Assembly (NCBI GenBank): GCA_963771355.1
Contig: CAVYTA010000005.1
Span: 608,001-672,000, forward strand
Source: an uncultured Candidatus Rokubacteria bacterium
GTDB lineage: Bacteria > Methylomirabilota > Methylomirabilia > Rokubacteriales > CSP1-6
Length of the DNA stretch: 64,000 nucleotides
Direction of reading: 5' to 3'
The translations under genes and the position numbers were made by a program. Positions 9,229-17,910 of the stretch are shown here, in pieces. A model generated the notes under the pieces. It ran no database searches. It was not told the origin of the DNA and saw only the letters and a list, made by a program, of their open reading frames with translations. Each line of letters begins with the position of its first letter. The stretch's first letter is position 1.

Positions 9229-10022
9229 GGCAGTACCGAGCCCAGGAAGTAGTCCCACACGAGGATGAGGACCGAGGACAGCACCACCGCCTGGGTGGTC
9301 GCGCGCGCCACCCCCTCCGCCCCGTGCCCGCAGTAGTAGCCCTTGTAGGTGCACACCCAGGTGACGATGATGCCGAAGGAGAGCGACTTCCAGAAGCCGG
9401 TCATGATATCGGTCCGGTCCACGAAGGTCTGCATCTCCCCGAAGTAGGTCCCGGGGGACAGGCCCAGCAGCTCCACTCCCACCAGGTACCCGCCCAAGAT
9501 GCCCACCACGTCGAAGATCGCCGTCATGAGCGGGAAGGTGATGATCCCGGCCACGATGGGCGGGACTATCAGATAGCGCACGGGGTTGAGCGCCATCACG
9601 GTGAGGGCGTCGATCTGCTCGGTGATCTTCATGATCCCGAGCTCGGCGGTGAGTGCCGATCCGGCCCGGCCGGTGACGATGAGGGCGCAGAGAACGGGTC
9701 CCAGCTCGCGGATGATCGACAGCGCGACCGCGGGGCCCAGGAAGGCCTCGGAGCCGAACCGCGAGAGCACGAAGAAGATCTGGAGCCCGAGCACCATGCC
9801 CGTGAAGGCGCCGGTCAGGATCACGATGGTGAGCGAGCGGAAGCCGATGAAGTGGATGCGCTCCACCAGGCGGGCGAGCTTGAAGGGAGGAACGAAGATA
9901 TAGGTGATCGCCTGGACCAGGAAGCGGCCGAAGCGACCCATGGACTGCAGCACCTGGAGGGTCCCGGCCCCGAGCCCTCCGATGAGGCGGACCGGCAGTG
10001 CGCCGGCGACCGGCCCCGTCAT
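9225..10022 (-). CDS. mlaE: MlaE ABC permease
   Basis: RELGPVLCAL..GRAGSALTAELGIMKITEQIDAL and GAEGVARATTQAVV motifs. ATG 10022 overlaps the shc stop (ATGA). Confidence 0.93.
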   Translation of the reverse strand: MTGPVAGALPVRLIGGLGAGTLQVLQSMGRFGRFLVQAITYIFVPPFKLARLVERIHFIGFRSLTIVILTGAFTGMVLGLQIFFVLSRFGSEAFLGPAVALSIIRELGPVLCALIVTGRAGSALTAELGIMKITEQIDALTVMALNPVRYLIVPPIVAGIITFPLMTAIFDVVGILGGYLVGVELLGLSPGTYFGEMQTFVDRTDIMTGFWKSLSFGIIVTWVCTYKGYYCGHGAEGVARATTQAVVLSSVLILVWDYFLGSVLP

Positions 10023-11992
10023 CCGCACGCGGTCCGATAGACCCCCAGCGCCCAGAGGGGGAAGTACTTGGCGTACAGGTGATACTTGAGATAGAAGACG
10101 CGGGGAAAACCGGTGCCGTTCCAGAGCGGGTCCGCCCACGCCCCCTCCTCGCGCTGCGTGTCGAGGAGATACTGGATGCCGCGCTCCACCACGGGGCCGG
10201 TGGTGCGGCCGGCGGCGAAGAGCCCCAGCAGCGCCCACGCGGTCTGGCTCGGGATGGACTCTCCACGCCCCGCCCACGCGGGATCCTCGTAGGAGGCCAA
10301 CGTCTCGCCCCAGCCGCCGTCGGCGTTTTGCCGCGCTTCCAGCCACGCCACCGCGCGGCTCACGTACTCCCTCGAGCAGTCCTCGCCCATGGCGCGCAGC
10401 CCGCGGAGTACCGACCAGGTACCGTAGATGTAGTTCGCGCCCCAGCGGCCGTACCACGGCCCGTCCGCGTGCTGATTGCGGCGGAGATAGCCCAGCGCGC
10501 GCAGGGCGGCGGGATGGTCGAGCGTCTCACCCAGCATGCCCAGGAGCTCGAGGCCCCGCCCGGTGAGGTCCTCGGTGGAGGGATCGAGCAGGGCGCCGTG
10601 ATCGGCGAAGGGGATATTGTTCAGGATGAGCCGGTTGTTGTCGGCGTCGAAGGACGCCCAGCCGCCGTCCGAGCCCTGCATGCCCAGGAACCAGGCCATG
10701 CCGCGCGTGAGCGCGCGCCGGCGGCGCTCGGCGTCGAGGCCCTCGGTGCGGCTCAGCGCCATCATCACCATCGCGGAGTCGTCGAGATCCGGATAGAAGT
10801 CGTTGTGGTACTGGAACGGCCAGCCGCCGGGCGGCACGCCGGGCCGCTTGGTCGTCCAGTCCCCGGGCACCGTGATCTGCTTGTCGATCATCCACTCGCC
10901 GGCGCGCACCAGGGAGTGATGGTCGGCGGGAAGGCCGGACTCGATGAGCGCGTTGACCGCCAGCGCGGTGTCCCACACCGGCGACACGCAGGGCTGATAG
11001 TGCAGCGAGGTCGTGGTCTCGACCCCCAGCGCCTCGACCTCCTTCAGCTGGCCGCGGATCAGGGGATGGTCCTCGTCATAGCCGAGGCAGCGCAGCGCCA
11101 GCACCGCGTTCACCATGGCGGGGAAGATCCCGCCCAGGCCGCCCGGCACGGCCAGGCGCTCCTCCACCCACCGGCGCGCGGCGTCGAGCGCGCGGGCGCG
11201 CAGCGGACGCGGGCCCAGCCGCTCCCACCCCTTCAGCGCGTCGTCCACGCCGATGAAGAAGTTCTTCCAGAGAAAGGTCTTCGGCGAGAAGGGGCGGGGG
11301 ACGCGGTGGAAGCGGAGGCTGGCCCGCTCGCGCGGCACCACCCACAGCTCGTCCAGGCGCGCGGAATCGGGCAGGCGCATGACGGGCTTGGCGTCCATCA
11401 GGATGATTAGCGGCACGATGACCGCCCGCGACCAGTAGGAGACCTCGAGGAGGTTGAAGTACGACCAGCGGGGCAGCAGCATGATCTCCACCGGCATGGC
11501 GGGGATGCCCGACCAGTCGTATTCCCCGAACTGCGCGAGGAGGATCTTGGTGAAGACATTGGCCTGCACCGGCCCGCCGAGCTGATGGATCAGCGCTCGC
11601 GCACGGACCATGGCGAGATCCTCCGGCGACACGCCCGCCAGCTTCATGGCGAAATACGCCTTGATGGTCGCGGAGAGGCTGGCCGGTCCGCCCTCGTAGA
11701 GACTCCAGCCCCCATCGGCGAGCTGCTGCGCGCGGAGGTACGTCACGATCTTGGCCTCGCGCTCGCGATCGACGCGATCCATGAGGCGGCCGAACAGAAG
11801 GTACTCGCTGGTGATGGTGCTGTCCGCCTCCAGCTCGCCCACCCAGTGTCCGTCCGGCTCCTGCGTGGAGAGGAGCAGCGCCTGGGCGCGCTCGATCGCG
11901 GCATCCACGCGCGACGACGCCGCGCGCGCCGGCGCCGCCCCCGCTGAGGGCGCGTGTTTCGCGCGGATCGACTCGGTTTTCGGGGCGAACAT
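10019..11992 (-). CDS. shc: squalene-hopene cyclase
   Basis: QxxDGGW repeats, SPVWDTA, catalytic YPDLDDSA (DxDD), GRWGANYIYGT and GTGFPRVFYLKY. Confidence 0.97.
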   Translation of the reverse strand: MFAPKTESIRAKHAPSAGAAPARAASSRVDAAIERAQALLLSTQEPDGHWVGELEADSTITSEYLLFGRLMDRVDREREAKIVTYLRAQQLADGGWSLYEGGPASLSATIKAYFAMKLAGVSPEDLAMVRARALIHQLGGPVQANVFTKILLAQFGEYDWSGIPAMPVEIMLLPRWSYFNLLEVSYWSRAVIVPLIILMDAKPVMRLPDSARLDELWVVPRERASLRFHRVPRPFSPKTFLWKNFFIGVDDALKGWERLGPRPLRARALDAARRWVEERLAVPGGLGGIFPAMVNAVLALRCLGYDEDHPLIRGQLKEVEALGVETTTSLHYQPCVSPVWDTALAVNALIESGLPADHHSLVRAGEWMIDKQITVPGDWTTKRPGVPPGGWPFQYHNDFYPDLDDSAMVMMALSRTEGLDAERRRRALTRGMAWFLGMQGSDGGWASFDADNNRLILNNIPFADHGALLDPSTEDLTGRGLELLGMLGETLDHPAALRALGYLRRNQHADGPWYGRWGANYIYGTWSVLRGLRAMGEDCSREYVSRAVAWLEARQNADGGWGETLASYEDPAWAGRGESIPSQTAWALLGLFAAGRTTGPVVERGIQYLLDTQREEGAWADPLWNGTGFPRVFYLKYHLYAKYFPLWALGVYRTACG

Positions 11993-11998
11993 CGGTCC

Positions 11999-12007
11999 AT
12001 ACTAGCA
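11999..12007 (-). promoter_or_regulatory. extended -10 box for shc, positioned for a leaderless mRNA
   Basis: Minus strand reads TG-C-TAGTAT, 6 nt, then ATG(11992). No Shine-Dalgarno sequence. Confidence 0.6.
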
Positions 12008-12408
12008 CACGGTTTTGGGTAATCCGTACGACGGCCAAACTTGAAAACATTCGCGCCCTTGGCCCCGATCGCGCCCGGATTCACACGGCCGCCGTCCGCC
12101 CCGCCGGACGACGCCCCGCGCCCGACCGACGGGGACCGAGGCGAGCCGTCGACGATGCGGTGGCGCGGGGGCGGGGGCGCTGGACGAACGCCCGCGCGGC
12201 GGCCCCCAAGTCGTCGCGTTCTTCGGGGCGCGCATCGTCATCGGGCGCGCATCGCCATCGGCCGGCGTGCTGAGGGCATCCACGCGGCTTCCCCCTCCGG
12301 GCCGGGGGCTCGGCCATCGCGGGCTCGCTTTCGGTCCCGGGTTAACCATTTGAATCGGCAAGTTGACCCGCGCCGGCCCGGGAATCCTGCTCCACGCGCT
12401 GGTCTTTC

Positions 12409-12417
12409 TGGTAATCT
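12409..12417 (+). promoter_or_regulatory. putative extended -10 box for the hpnH operon
   Basis: TG-G-TAATCT about 75 nt upstream of the hpnH ATG. Confidence 0.4.
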
Positions 12418-12491
12418 GGACCGGGTCTGGCGGCCGTGCGGACGCGCTCGGCACAGAACCACCTTTACTTACTGAGGAGATATCGTCACCG

Positions 12492-13508
12492 ATGAGTGTG
12501 CCGGTCTCGCAGATGTGGACAGTGGCGACCTACGTGCTCCGCCAGCGGCTGGCGGGGCGCAAGCGCTATCCGCTCGTCCTCATGCTCGAGCCGCTGTTCC
12601 GGTGCAACCTCGCCTGCGCCGGGTGCGGGAAGATCCAGTACCCCGCCCAAGTGCTCCGCAAGCACCTTGCGGTGGAGAAGTGTCTTCAGGCGGTGGAGGA
12701 GTGCGGCGCCCCCATGGTCAGCATTCCCGGCGGCGAGCCGCTCATGTATCCGGAGATCGACCGGCTGGTGGCCGAGCTGGTGAAGCGGAAGAAGTACGTC
12801 TATCTCTGCACTAACGCCATCCTCCTCAAGGAAAAGCTCGACCTCTTCACCCCCTCCAAGTACCTGTCCTTCAGCGTGCACATGGACGGACTCCGAGAGG
12901 AGCACGACGAGGCGGTGTGCCGGGACGGGGTTTACGACCAGGCGGTGCCGGCCATCCAGGAGGCGCTCGCCCGCGGCTTCCGGGTCACCACCAACACCAC
13001 GCTCTTCGACGGGGCCTCACCGCTGCGGGTGCGCGCGTTCTTCGATGAGATGATGCACCTGGGCGTGGAGGGGATGATGGTGTCGCCGGGCTACAGCTAC
13101 TCGAAGGCGCCCGACCAGGAGCACTTCCTCCGGCGGAGCCGGACCAGCCAGCTCTTCCGCGCGATCCTCTCGAATCCCAAGAAGCACTGGCGCTTCAACC
13201 AGTCCCCGCTCTTCCTTCGCTTTCTCATGGGCAAGCAGGACTACGAGTGCACGCCCTGGGGGAACCCGACCTACAACATGTTCGGCTGGCAGCGGCCGTG
13301 CTATCTCCTGCAGGACGGCTACGCGGAAACCTTCGCCGAGCTGATGGAGACCACGCCCTGGGAGAACTACGGGCGCAAGAGCGGCAACGAGAAGTGCCAG
13401 GATTGCATGGTCCACTGCGGGTTCGAGGCCACCGCGGTACACCACACCTTCAACTCCGCGCGCGGCTTCGCGGAGACGGTGCTGGTCACCATCACCGGAA
13501 AGCTCTGA
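12492..13508 (+). CDS. hpnH: adenosylhopane synthase, radical SAM
   Basis: RYPLVLMLEPLFRCNLACAGCGKIQYP (CxxxCxxC), CTPWGNPT and CMVHCGFE motifs. GAGGAG RBS. Confidence 0.95.
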   Translation: MSVPVSQMWTVATYVLRQRLAGRKRYPLVLMLEPLFRCNLACAGCGKIQYPAQVLRKHLAVEKCLQAVEECGAPMVSIPGGEPLMYPEIDRLVAELVKRKKYVYLCTNAILLKEKLDLFTPSKYLSFSVHMDGLREEHDEAVCRDGVYDQAVPAIQEALARGFRVTTNTTLFDGASPLRVRAFFDEMMHLGVEGMMVSPGYSYSKAPDQEHFLRRSRTSQLFRAILSNPKKHWRFNQSPLFLRFLMGKQDYECTPWGNPTYNMFGWQRPCYLLQDGYAETFAELMETTPWENYGRKSGNEKCQDCMVHCGFEATAVHHTFNSARGFAETVLVTITGKL

Positions 13509-13515
13509 GCCGGGC

Positions 13516-13842
13516 GTGAGCCTGCAGGGCTGGGTGCCCGACATCGGACCGTACCTCACCCTCGAGGAGGTCATCGAGCACGCCTTCGACTATCGCGGCA
13601 ACGTGACGGTCGTGCGGCGGGACGGCTCCGAGCTGGTGGGCTACCTCTTCAACCGCGACTCGAGCGCGCCCGAGCCGTTCGTCCAGCTCATCGACGAGGA
13701 CGGCAACGGTCCCCTCCGGGTGCGCTACGCCGAGATCGCCAGCGTGCGGTTCACGGGCAAGGACACCGCCGAGGGCAATTCGTGGAAGGCCTGGATCGAG
13801 CGCAAGGAGCGCGAGAAAGCGCAGCCCGCGCCCGACGCGTAG
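13516..13842 (+). CDS. small hypothetical protein in the hopanoid operon (possible Sm/SH3-like beta barrel)
   Basis: 108-aa ORF tightly packed between hpnH and hpnG; AFDYRGNVTVVRRDGSELVGYLFNRD. Confidence 0.75.
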   Translation: MSLQGWVPDIGPYLTLEEVIEHAFDYRGNVTVVRRDGSELVGYLFNRDSSAPEPFVQLIDEDGNGPLRVRYAEIASVRFTGKDTAEGNSWKAWIERKEREKAQPAPDA

Positions 13843-13846
13843 GCGC

Positions 13847-14578
13847 GTGAGCGATCTCCTCATCCTGACGGCCGTCGAGCTCGAGGCCGCGGGGCTGGCC
13901 CGCGAGCTCGAGCTGCCCGCCGAGGCCGCGCGGGCGCACCGTGCCTCGGATCGCTCCTCTCCCTATCGCTCCTACGGCCGGCCCGGCCTCCGCATCGTCC
14001 CCGTCGGCCTGGGCGCGCTCCTCCTCTCCGAGCGCTGGGCCGCCTGCCGGGACGGATTCACGGCGCCCCTCGTGATCTCCGCCGGCGTGTGCGGGGGACT
14101 CGACCCGCGCCTGGCCCCCGGCGACCTCGTCGTGCCCGCGCGCGTCCTCGCTCCCGACGGCGAGACGCTGGCGGTGGCGCCGGCGGCGCATGCGCGGGCG
14201 CTCGCGGCGGCGGGGACGGCGGCCACCGGCACCCTCGTGACCACCCTGACCGTGGTGGGCTCGCCCGCCGCCAAGGCCGCGCTCCGGTCCGCCACCGGCG
14301 CGGAGGCGGTGGACATGGAGTCCGCCGCCATCCTCGCCGCCGCGCAGGCGGACGGGCTGGAGGCGGTGGTCGTACGCGCTGTATCCGACGGGGCCGCGGA
14401 GTCGGTGCCGGCCGAGCTCTCGGCGCTCCTGGGCCCGGAGGGGCGGCTGCGCGGCGGACGCGCGCTCCTTCTTGCGCTCACCCGCCCGCAGGCCTTGCCT
14501 CGCGCCCTCGAGCTCCGGCGCGGCAGCCGCCGCGCGCTCGCCGCGGTGGCGCGCGTCCTGGCGGCCCTGCGGGCCTAG
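13847..14578 (+). CDS. hpnG: hopanoid-associated nucleoside phosphorylase/nucleosidase
   Basis: PNP_UDP_1 motifs ISAGVCGGL, AVDMESAA and VRAVSD; located downstream of hpnH. Confidence 0.8.
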   Translation: MSDLLILTAVELEAAGLARELELPAEAARAHRASDRSSPYRSYGRPGLRIVPVGLGALLLSERWAACRDGFTAPLVISAGVCGGLDPRLAPGDLVVPARVLAPDGETLAVAPAAHARALAAAGTAATGTLVTTLTVVGSPAAKAALRSATGAEAVDMESAAILAAAQADGLEAVVVRAVSDGAAESVPAELSALLGPEGRLRGGRALLLALTRPQALPRALELRRGSRRALAAVARVLAALRA

Positions 14579-14581
14579 CCG

Positions 14582-15589
14582 ATGCGCGCCCTGGTGACCG
14601 GCGGCACCGGCTTCGTGGGCGCCAACCTCGTGCGCGAGCTGCTCGCGGACGGCGACCGCGTGCGCGTGCTCGCGCGCCCGGGCGGCGACCGCCGCGCGCT
14701 GGAGGACTGCGACGTGGAGATCGCGGAGGGCGATCTCCTCGACCCCGCCTCGGTGCGCCGCGCGGTGGCGGGCGTCGAGCGCGTCTTCCACGTAGCCGCC
14801 GACTATCGCCTGTGGGCGCCCGATCCCGCCGCACTCTTCCGGGCCAACGTGGACGGCACCCGGCACGTGCTCGAGGCGGCGGTGGCGGCGGGGGTGGAGC
14901 GGATCGTGTATACCTCCACCGTGGGCGCGCTGGGCATCCCCAAGGACGGCGCTCCCGGCGACGAGCGGACGCCGGTGTCGCTCGCCGACATGGTCGGGCC
15001 CTACAAGGCCTCGAAGTTCGTGGCGGAGGCGGTGGCCCGCGAGTTCGCGGCGCGGGGCGCACCGGTGATCATCGTGAACCCGTCGGCGCCGGTGGGCCCG
15101 TGGGACGTGAAGCCCACCCCCACCGGCCAGATGATCGTGGACTTCCTGCGGGGCAAGATGCTGGGCTCGCTCGACACCGGCCTCAACGTCGTCCACGTGC
15201 GCGACGTCGCCCGCGGGCACATCCTCGCCGCCCAGCGCGGGCGCCTGGGTGAGCGCTACGTGCTCGGCCACGTGAATCTCACGCTGCTGGAGATCTTTCA
15301 GGCTCTCGCCCGCCTCACCGGCGTGGCCGCCCCGCGCTTCCGCGTGCCGTACGCCGTCGCCTGGCTGGCCGCCGCCGGTATGGAAGGCGTGGCCCGGCTC
15401 ACGGGGGGCACGCCGGCGGTGCCGCTCACCGCGGTCCGGATGGCGCGCAAGCGCATGTTCTTCAGCGTGGACAAGGCGGTGCGCGAGCTCGGGCTGCCGC
15501 AGACGCCGGTGGAGCGCGCGCTGGGCGACGCGGTGGACTGGTTCGTGGCGCGGGGCTATGCGCCCGCGCCGCGGCGGCGGGCGGCGTGA
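14582..15589 (+). CDS. hpnA: hopanoid-associated NAD-dependent epimerase/dehydratase
   Basis: VTGGTGFVG, HVAADYRLW, YKASK and PVGPWDVKPTPTG motifs. Confidence 0.9.
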   Translation: MRALVTGGTGFVGANLVRELLADGDRVRVLARPGGDRRALEDCDVEIAEGDLLDPASVRRAVAGVERVFHVAADYRLWAPDPAALFRANVDGTRHVLEAAVAAGVERIVYTSTVGALGIPKDGAPGDERTPVSLADMVGPYKASKFVAEAVAREFAARGAPVIIVNPSAPVGPWDVKPTPTGQMIVDFLRGKMLGSLDTGLNVVHVRDVARGHILAAQRGRLGERYVLGHVNLTLLEIFQALARLTGVAAPRFRVPYAVAWLAAAGMEGVARLTGGTPAVPLTAVRMARKRMFFSVDKAVRELGLPQTPVERALGDAVDWFVARGYAPAPRRRAA

Positions 15590-16467
15590 ACGCGGCGCGC
15601 TTCGTCTCGCGCCTCACCCGCAAGAGCCGCTCGAACTTCTTCTATGCCTTTCTCCTCTTGCCGCGCGCCCAGCGGGACGCCATCTTCGCCGTCTATGCCT
15701 TCTGCCGCATCGTGGACGACGCGGTGGACGAGGGCGTGGACCGCGCGACGCAGCGCCGGGAGCTCGCGCGCTGGCGCGGGGAGCTCGCCCGCATCTGGGG
15801 CGAGGAGCCGACCACGCACCCCGCCGCGGAGCGGCTGCGCGAGGCAGTGCGGCGCTTTCCCATTCCCCGGGAGGCCCTCGAGGAGATCATCGCGGGGGTG
15901 GAGATGGACCTCGATCGCGCCGCCTACGAGTCCTTCGCGGACCTCTACCCGTACTGCTACCGGGTGGCCTCCGCGGTGGGCCTGTGCAGCATCGCGATCT
16001 TCGGATACAAGGATCCTCGGGCCCAGGACTATGCGATCAACCTTGGGGTGGCGCTCCAGCTCACCAACATCCTGCGCGATGTCCAGACGGACGCCCGCAT
16101 GGGCCGCGTCTACCTGCCCCAGGAGGACCTGCGGCGCTTCGGCGTGACCGGTGAGGATCTCCGCGAGGGACGGTACACGCCCGCCTTCGTGGAGCTGATG
16201 ACCTTCGAGGCGAGGCGAGCCCGCGACTACTACGCGCGCGCGTGGCGGGGCCTGCCCGCGGTGGACCGGCGGACTCTCTTCGCCGCCGAGATCATGGGTC
16301 ACACCTACTTCGCGCTGCTGCGGGCCATCGAGGCGCGGCGCTTCGACGTGTTTGGTGAGCGCGTTGCCGTCCCCACGCGCCGCCGCGTCGCCATCGCGCT
16401 TGCGGGCTGGGTGCGCTCCCGCCTCGGCACCCGGGGCCGCTCCCCGCTCGCCGGCGCCGCCAGCTAG
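15586..16467 (+). CDS. hpnD: presqualene diphosphate synthase (squalene/phytoene synthase family)
   Basis: SNFFYAF, YAFCRIVDDAVD, YCYRVASAVG and LQLTNILRDV..D...GRVYLP motifs. Confidence 0.85.
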   Translation: MNAARFVSRLTRKSRSNFFYAFLLLPRAQRDAIFAVYAFCRIVDDAVDEGVDRATQRRELARWRGELARIWGEEPTTHPAAERLREAVRRFPIPREALEEIIAGVEMDLDRAAYESFADLYPYCYRVASAVGLCSIAIFGYKDPRAQDYAINLGVALQLTNILRDVQTDARMGRVYLPQEDLRRFGVTGEDLREGRYTPAFVELMTFEARRARDYYARAWRGLPAVDRRTLFAAEIMGHTYFALLRAIEARRFDVFGERVAVPTRRRVAIALAGWVRSRLGTRGRSPLAGAAS

Positions 16468-16470
16468 CCC

Positions 16471-16838
16471 GTGCGCGCCGCCGTCTATCTCGGCGCGGGC
16501 CGCCTCGAGCTGCAGGACTGGCCCGAGCCGTGTTCGAGGACGAGGGGGCGCCGGCGGCGGCCCTCGCCGAGGCCACCGAGGGCCGCGGCGTCGACGTGGC
16601 GGTGCTGACCGCGGGCGGCGCCGCCGCAGTGGGGGCGGCCGCGGCGGCGGTGCGGGACGGCGGCCAGGTGCATTGCTTCGCGGGTGGGGGCGCGGGCCCG
16701 CTGCCCGTCCCGCTCGATACCGTCTATCACCGCGAGCTGACGATCACCGCGACGTATTCCGCCTCTCTCGCGGAGCTGGCCGAGGCCGTCATCCTCATGC
16801 GCCGGCAGGAAGCGCTGAAGGTCTACGTCACGCCATGA
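16471..16838 (+). pseudogene. Zn-dependent alcohol dehydrogenase remnant with a large internal, frameshifting deletion
   Basis: GTG 16471 gives VRAAVYLGAGRLELQDWPEP (MDR N-terminus). It is joined at ~16530, in another frame, to an MDR C-terminus (TEGRGVDVAV..RDGGQVHCFAG..YHRELTITATY..LKVYVTP). The Zn-binding core and GxGxxG motif are missing. Confidence 0.75.
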
Positions 16839-17878
16839 GCGGGCGCATGCGGGCTCAAGTGTTTCACGGCCCCGGCGACCTGCGGCTGGAGGAGCTGCCG
16901 GTGCCGGCGCCGGCATCGGGGGAAGTGGTAATCCGGGTGGAGGCCGCGCTCACTTGCGGCACCGACGTGAAGGTGCTCCGCCGGGGCCATCCCGTGATGA
17001 TTCCCGTCGTGCCCACCGCGTTCGGGCATGAGATGGCGGGTATCGTCACCGCGGTGGGGGCGGGGGTGCACGGCTGGCGCGAGGGCGACCGGCTGGTCGC
17101 CGCCAACTCCGCGCCCTGCGGCAGCTGCCCGCCGTGCCGCGCGGGGCGGCCGAATCTCTGCGAGGATCTCCTGTTCGTCAACGGCGCCTACGGCGAGTAC
17201 CTTGCCCTGCCGGCGCGGCTCGTGGCCAGGAACGTCGTGCGCATCGGCCCCGCGCTGCCGGCGTGGCGCGCCGCCTTCGCGGAGCCGCTGGCCTGCGCGC
17301 TGCACGGGATCGACCGCGGTCGCGTGGCGTCGGGTATGACGGTGGCCGTGCTCGGCCACGGTCCGCTCGGCTGCCTCCTCGCGCTGGCCGCCGCCCAGCG
17401 CAAGGCGCGGGTGCTGCTGGTGGGCAAGGGCGGCTGGCGGCTCGAGCGGGTGCGCGCGGCCGGCATCGCGGAGATGCTGGACGCGCGCGAGGGGGGCGAC
17501 CTTCCCGCCGCGCTCCGCGCGCGCACGGATGGACGCGGCCCGGACGTGGTGGTGGATGCTACCGGGCGCCCGGAAGTCTGGGAGGGGGCGCTGGAGGCTG
17601 TCGGGCGGGGCGGCACCGTCGTCTTCTTCGGCGGTTGCGCCCCCGGAACGACGGTCCAGGTGGATACGCGACGCGCGCACTATGAGGAGCTGACCTTGGT
17701 GGGCGCCTTCCACCACACCCCGCAATTGATCCGCCAGGCCGTCCAGCTCCTGGAGTCCGAGACCCTGGTGCCGGACGCGCTGGTCACCCACCAGATGGGC
17801 CTGGCCGCCGTGCCGGATGCCCTCGCGCTGATGGCCGCCGGCCAAGCCCTCAAGATCGCGATCGATCCAGCCGTTTGA
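16835..17878 (+). CDS. Zn-dependent medium-chain dehydrogenase (sorbitol/polyol dehydrogenase-like)
   Basis: CGTD, GHE, CGSCPPCRAGRPNLC, EPLAC and GHGPLG motifs. ATG 16835 overlaps the preceding TGA. Confidence 0.9.
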   Translation: MSGRMRAQVFHGPGDLRLEELPVPAPASGEVVIRVEAALTCGTDVKVLRRGHPVMIPVVPTAFGHEMAGIVTAVGAGVHGWREGDRLVAANSAPCGSCPPCRAGRPNLCEDLLFVNGAYGEYLALPARLVARNVVRIGPALPAWRAAFAEPLACALHGIDRGRVASGMTVAVLGHGPLGCLLALAAAQRKARVLLVGKGGWRLERVRAAGIAEMLDAREGGDLPAALRARTDGRGPDVVVDATGRPEVWEGALEAVGRGGTVVFFGGCAPGTTVQVDTRRAHYEELTLVGAFHHTPQLIRQAVQLLESETLVPDALVTHQMGLAAVPDALALMAAGQALKIAIDPAV

Positions 17879-17903
17879 GCCAGCGAGCGGCGTCCGGTAT
17901 ACT
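17875..17903 (+). promoter_or_regulatory. sigma70-type promoter for a leaderless ispH transcript
   Basis: TTGAGC-17nt-TATACT, 7 nt, then ATG(17911). No SD. Confidence 0.65.
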
Positions 17904-17910
17904 GCCTCGC

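Noticed and set aside
12002..12475. ORFs in the shc-hpnH intergenic region
   Set aside because: Arg/Pro/Ala-rich, with no RBS or motif, and overlapping the promoter-like elements; treated as non-coding.
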